The notes under the pieces are model-generated. The model saw only the letters and a program-made list of their open reading frames with translations, was not told the DNA's origin and did not search any database. Below, piece after piece: positions 61,016 to 64,000 of a stretch of DNA of 64,000 bases (the first letter of the stretch is position 1; every line of letters starts with the position of its first letter). The translations under genes were made by a program, and so were the position numbers. The DNA is from Octopus sinensis (Eukaryota). The DNA is taken from positions 1-64,000 of the forward strand of contig NW_021824847.1 of NCBI RefSeq assembly GCF_006345805.1, in the 5' to 3' direction.

Positions 61016-61327
61016 TATATAGCACCAGGTGGTGCTATTAAGTTAGACATGGCCTGGGCCAATAATGGCCGAAACCTATCAAAGTATCAAAGTATATAAT
61101 ATATATATTATATATATATATATATTATATATATATATACACAAATATATGACGGGCTCCTTTCAGTATCCGTCTACCAAATCCACTCACAAGGCTTTGG
61201 TCGGTCTGAGGCTATAGTGGAAGACACTTGCCCAAGATGCCACACAGTAGGACTGAACCCGGAACTATGTGGTGGTAAGCAAGCTACTTACCACACAGCC
61301 ACTCCTACGCCTATATATATCTATCTA

Positions 61328-61435
<108 letters not shown>

Positions 61436-61701
61436 TTTGGCTTTTATACGTACATAGACATGTGCATGTGTGTGCATATGTGTATACGTGTGTGTGCGCG
61501 TGTGTGTGTACGTGCACGCAGATGTGTTGGGTCGGTGTGATGTTGGGAAGTTCGCGCGCGCAAATCACGTTTGTGTGGGTAAATGAATGGTTTTGTAGGG
61601 GATACGCAATGATGCGGGGGTCGGTCTGGGCTGTGTGTGGTGGGCATCGATCGTTAGGAATCCCGTTCTTGCTTGTGGAGGAGCCAGTGTTGAGGTGGTG
61701 T

Positions 61702-62322
61702 GAAAAAAGGAGGGAAGGAAGGAAGAAGGAAAGGAAGAAAGGAAGGAGGAAGGAAAGAAAGAAAGGAAAGAAATAAAGAAAGAAAGAAAGGATGAAAGGA
61801 GGAAGGAAGGAAGGAAGGAAGAAAGAAAGAAAGAAAGGAAGGAAGGAAGGAAGAAAGAAAGGAAAGAAATAAAGAAGGAAGGAAGGAAGGAAGAAAGAAA
61901 GGAAAGAAATAAAGAAATAAAGAAAGAAAGGAAGGAGGAAGGAAAGAAATAAAGGAAGGAAGGAAGGGAGGAGGAAGAAAGAAAGAAAGGAAGGAAGGAA
62001 GGAGGAAGGAAAGAGAGAAAGAAAGGAAGGAAGAAAGGAGGGAAGAAAAAGAAAGAAAGGAAGGAAGGAAGGAAGGAAGGAAGGAGGAAGGAAAGAAAGA
62101 AAGGAAGGAAGGAAGAAGGAAGGAAGGAAGGAAAGAAAGAAAGAAAGAAAGAAAGGAAGGAAGAAGGAAATACATAAAGAAAGAAAGGACGAAAGAAAGG
62201 AAGGAAGGAAGGAAGGAGAAAGAAAGAAAGGAAGGAAGGAAGGAAGGAGGAAGGAAAGAAAGAAAGAAAGAAAGGAAGGAAGGAGGAAGGAAGGAAGGAG
62301 GAAGGAAATAAATAGATGAATA

Positions 62323-62353
<31 letters not shown>

Positions 62354-63381
62354 GAGGAAAGAAAGAAAGGAAGAAAGAAAGAAATAAAGAAAGGAAGGAA
62401 GGAAGAAGGAAGAAGGAAAGGAAGAAAGGAAGGAGGAAGGAAAGAAAGAAAGGAAAGAAATAAAGAAATAAAGAAAGGAAGAAAGGAGGAAGGAAGGAAG
62501 GAAGGAAGAAAGAAAGGAAAGAAATAAAGAAATAAAGAAGGAAGGAAAGAAAGAAAGAAAGGAAGGAAGGAAGAAAGAAAGAAAGGAAGGAAGGAAGGAA
62601 GGAAGGAAGAAAGGAAGGAAGAAAGGAAGGAAGGAAGGAAGGAGGAAGGAAAGAAAGAAAAAAGAAAGAAGGAAGGAAGGAAGGAGAAAGAAAGGAAGAA
62701 ATAAAGAAATAAAGGAAGGAGGAAGGAAGGAAGGAAGGAAAAGAAAGAAAGAAAGAAGAAAGAAGAAAGAAAGAAGGAAAAGAAAAGGAAGGAAGAAAGG
62801 AAGGAAGAAGAGGGAAGGAAAGAAAAAAGAAAGGAGGAAGGAAGGCAGAAAAGAAAGGAAAGAAATAAAGAAATAAGAAAGAAAGGAAGAGAAGGAAAGA
62901 AATAAGGAAGGAAGGAAGGAAGGAAGAAAGAAAGAAAGGAAGGAAGGAAGGAGAAGGAAAGAGAGAAAGAAGGAAAGGAAGGAAGAAGGAGGGAAGAAAA
63001 GAAAGAAAGGAAGGAAGGAAGGAAGAAGGAGGAAGAAAAGAAAGAAAGGAAGGAAGGAAGAAGGAAGGAAGGGAGGAAAGAAGAAAGAAAGAAAGAAAGG
63101 AAGGAGGAAAGAACTACATAAAGAAAAAAGAAAGGAAGGAAGAAAGGAAGGAGGGAAAGAATGAAGGAGAAAAGAAAAGCAAGGAAGGAAGGAAGGAGGA
63201 AGGAAAGAAAGAAAGAAAGAAAGGAAGAAGAGGAAGGATAAATAAAGAATAAAGAAAGAAGAAGGAAAGAAAGAAAGAAGAAGAAGAAAGAGGAAAGAAA
63301 AGAAAGGAGGAAAGAAAAAAGGAGGAAAGAAGAAATAAAGGAAGGAAGGAAGGAAGAAGAAGAAGAAGGAAGAAGGAAGGA

Positions 63382-63440
<59 letters not shown>

Positions 63441-63662
63441 GTGGGAAGGAAGGAAGGAAGGAGAAAGAAAGAAAGGAAGGAAGGAAGGAAGGAAGGAAGG
63501 AAGGAAGGAAGGAAAGAAAGAAAAAAGAAAGAAAGGAGGAAGGAAATAAAGAAGGAAAGAGAGAAAGAAAGAAAGAAAGGAAAGGAGGAGAAAGAAAGAA
63601 AGAAAGAAAGAAAGAAAAGGAAGAAGGAAGATAGAAATATTAGAAAGAAAGAGTAAGAGGGG
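61702..63662. repeat. ~1.96-kb polypurine (GAAA/GGAA)n tract
   Basis: Almost pure A/G on the + strand; source of the spurious 703-aa ORF. Confidence 0.97.
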
Positions 63663-64000
63663 TAGAGAGATGTCATTGCATATTTAACCTTTTCATATCA
63701 TATCAATAGTGTCTTTGTTGAGTGTTGTGTCTGTCCCTGGCGGTGCCATACATGGATTCCTCCTCGGGAGGGAACCAAGGTATTTTGTTGCCTGATGGGA
63801 ATAAATAATGATATACAATTGAAACAAGCGTCGAAATAAACTGCTGAATGTGTAGGAGGCGCAGAGTGGCTGTGTGGTAAGTAGCTTGCTTACCAACCAC
63901 ATGTTCCGGTTCAGTCCCACTGCGGTGCACCTTGGGGCAAGTTTCTTCTGCTATAGCCCCCGGGCCGACCAGTGCCTTGTGAGTGGATTTGGTTAGACGG

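Noticed and set aside
61040-61085. GGCC-AATAAT-GGCC-GAAAC as hammerhead
   Set aside because: Helix II and GAAAC are present but CUGANGA is missing and no stem I/III is found; at most a deleted remnant.
61565-63676. 703-aa ORF
   Set aside because: Translation of the (TTTC/TTCC)n tract; only F, L, S, P.

Overview
AT-rich, microsatellite- and transposon-dense animal DNA. The SINE, RTE, Helitron and MITE families point to an octopus-like cephalopod (inference; no database search was run). Hand-tracing splice sites gives one complete 9-exon gene on the - strand (ATG 44913 to stop 17286, 309 aa): signal peptide, two thioredoxin-like domains with a GATTGDW motif and no CxxC, a C-terminal TM helix and a KxKxx tail. 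A large K/R/E/S/G-rich terminal exon of a second, unidentified - strand gene (56593 to about 55170) carries an apparent 2-nt frameshift. The main result is a set of hammerhead ribozymes (HHRs). (1) 10151-11700: a ~483-nt unit in tandem plus a ~420-bp inverted copy; each of three copies has an intact type I HHR with an unusual ~68-nt helix II. (2) 33099-34340: a 353-nt HHR unit flanked by a 9-bp direct repeat, lying sense inside intron 2 of the thioredoxin gene, in which the catalytic half of the ribozyme is amplified as a 12 x 50-bp array lacking the cleavable strand. (3) Several minimal or decayed HHRs from other families. Both large elements look like retrozyme/Penelope-type non-autonomous elements that could produce circular RNA. 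Almost all ORFs in the supplied track are microsatellite or SINE artefacts. All structures were assigned by eye and need computational and biochemical confirmation.
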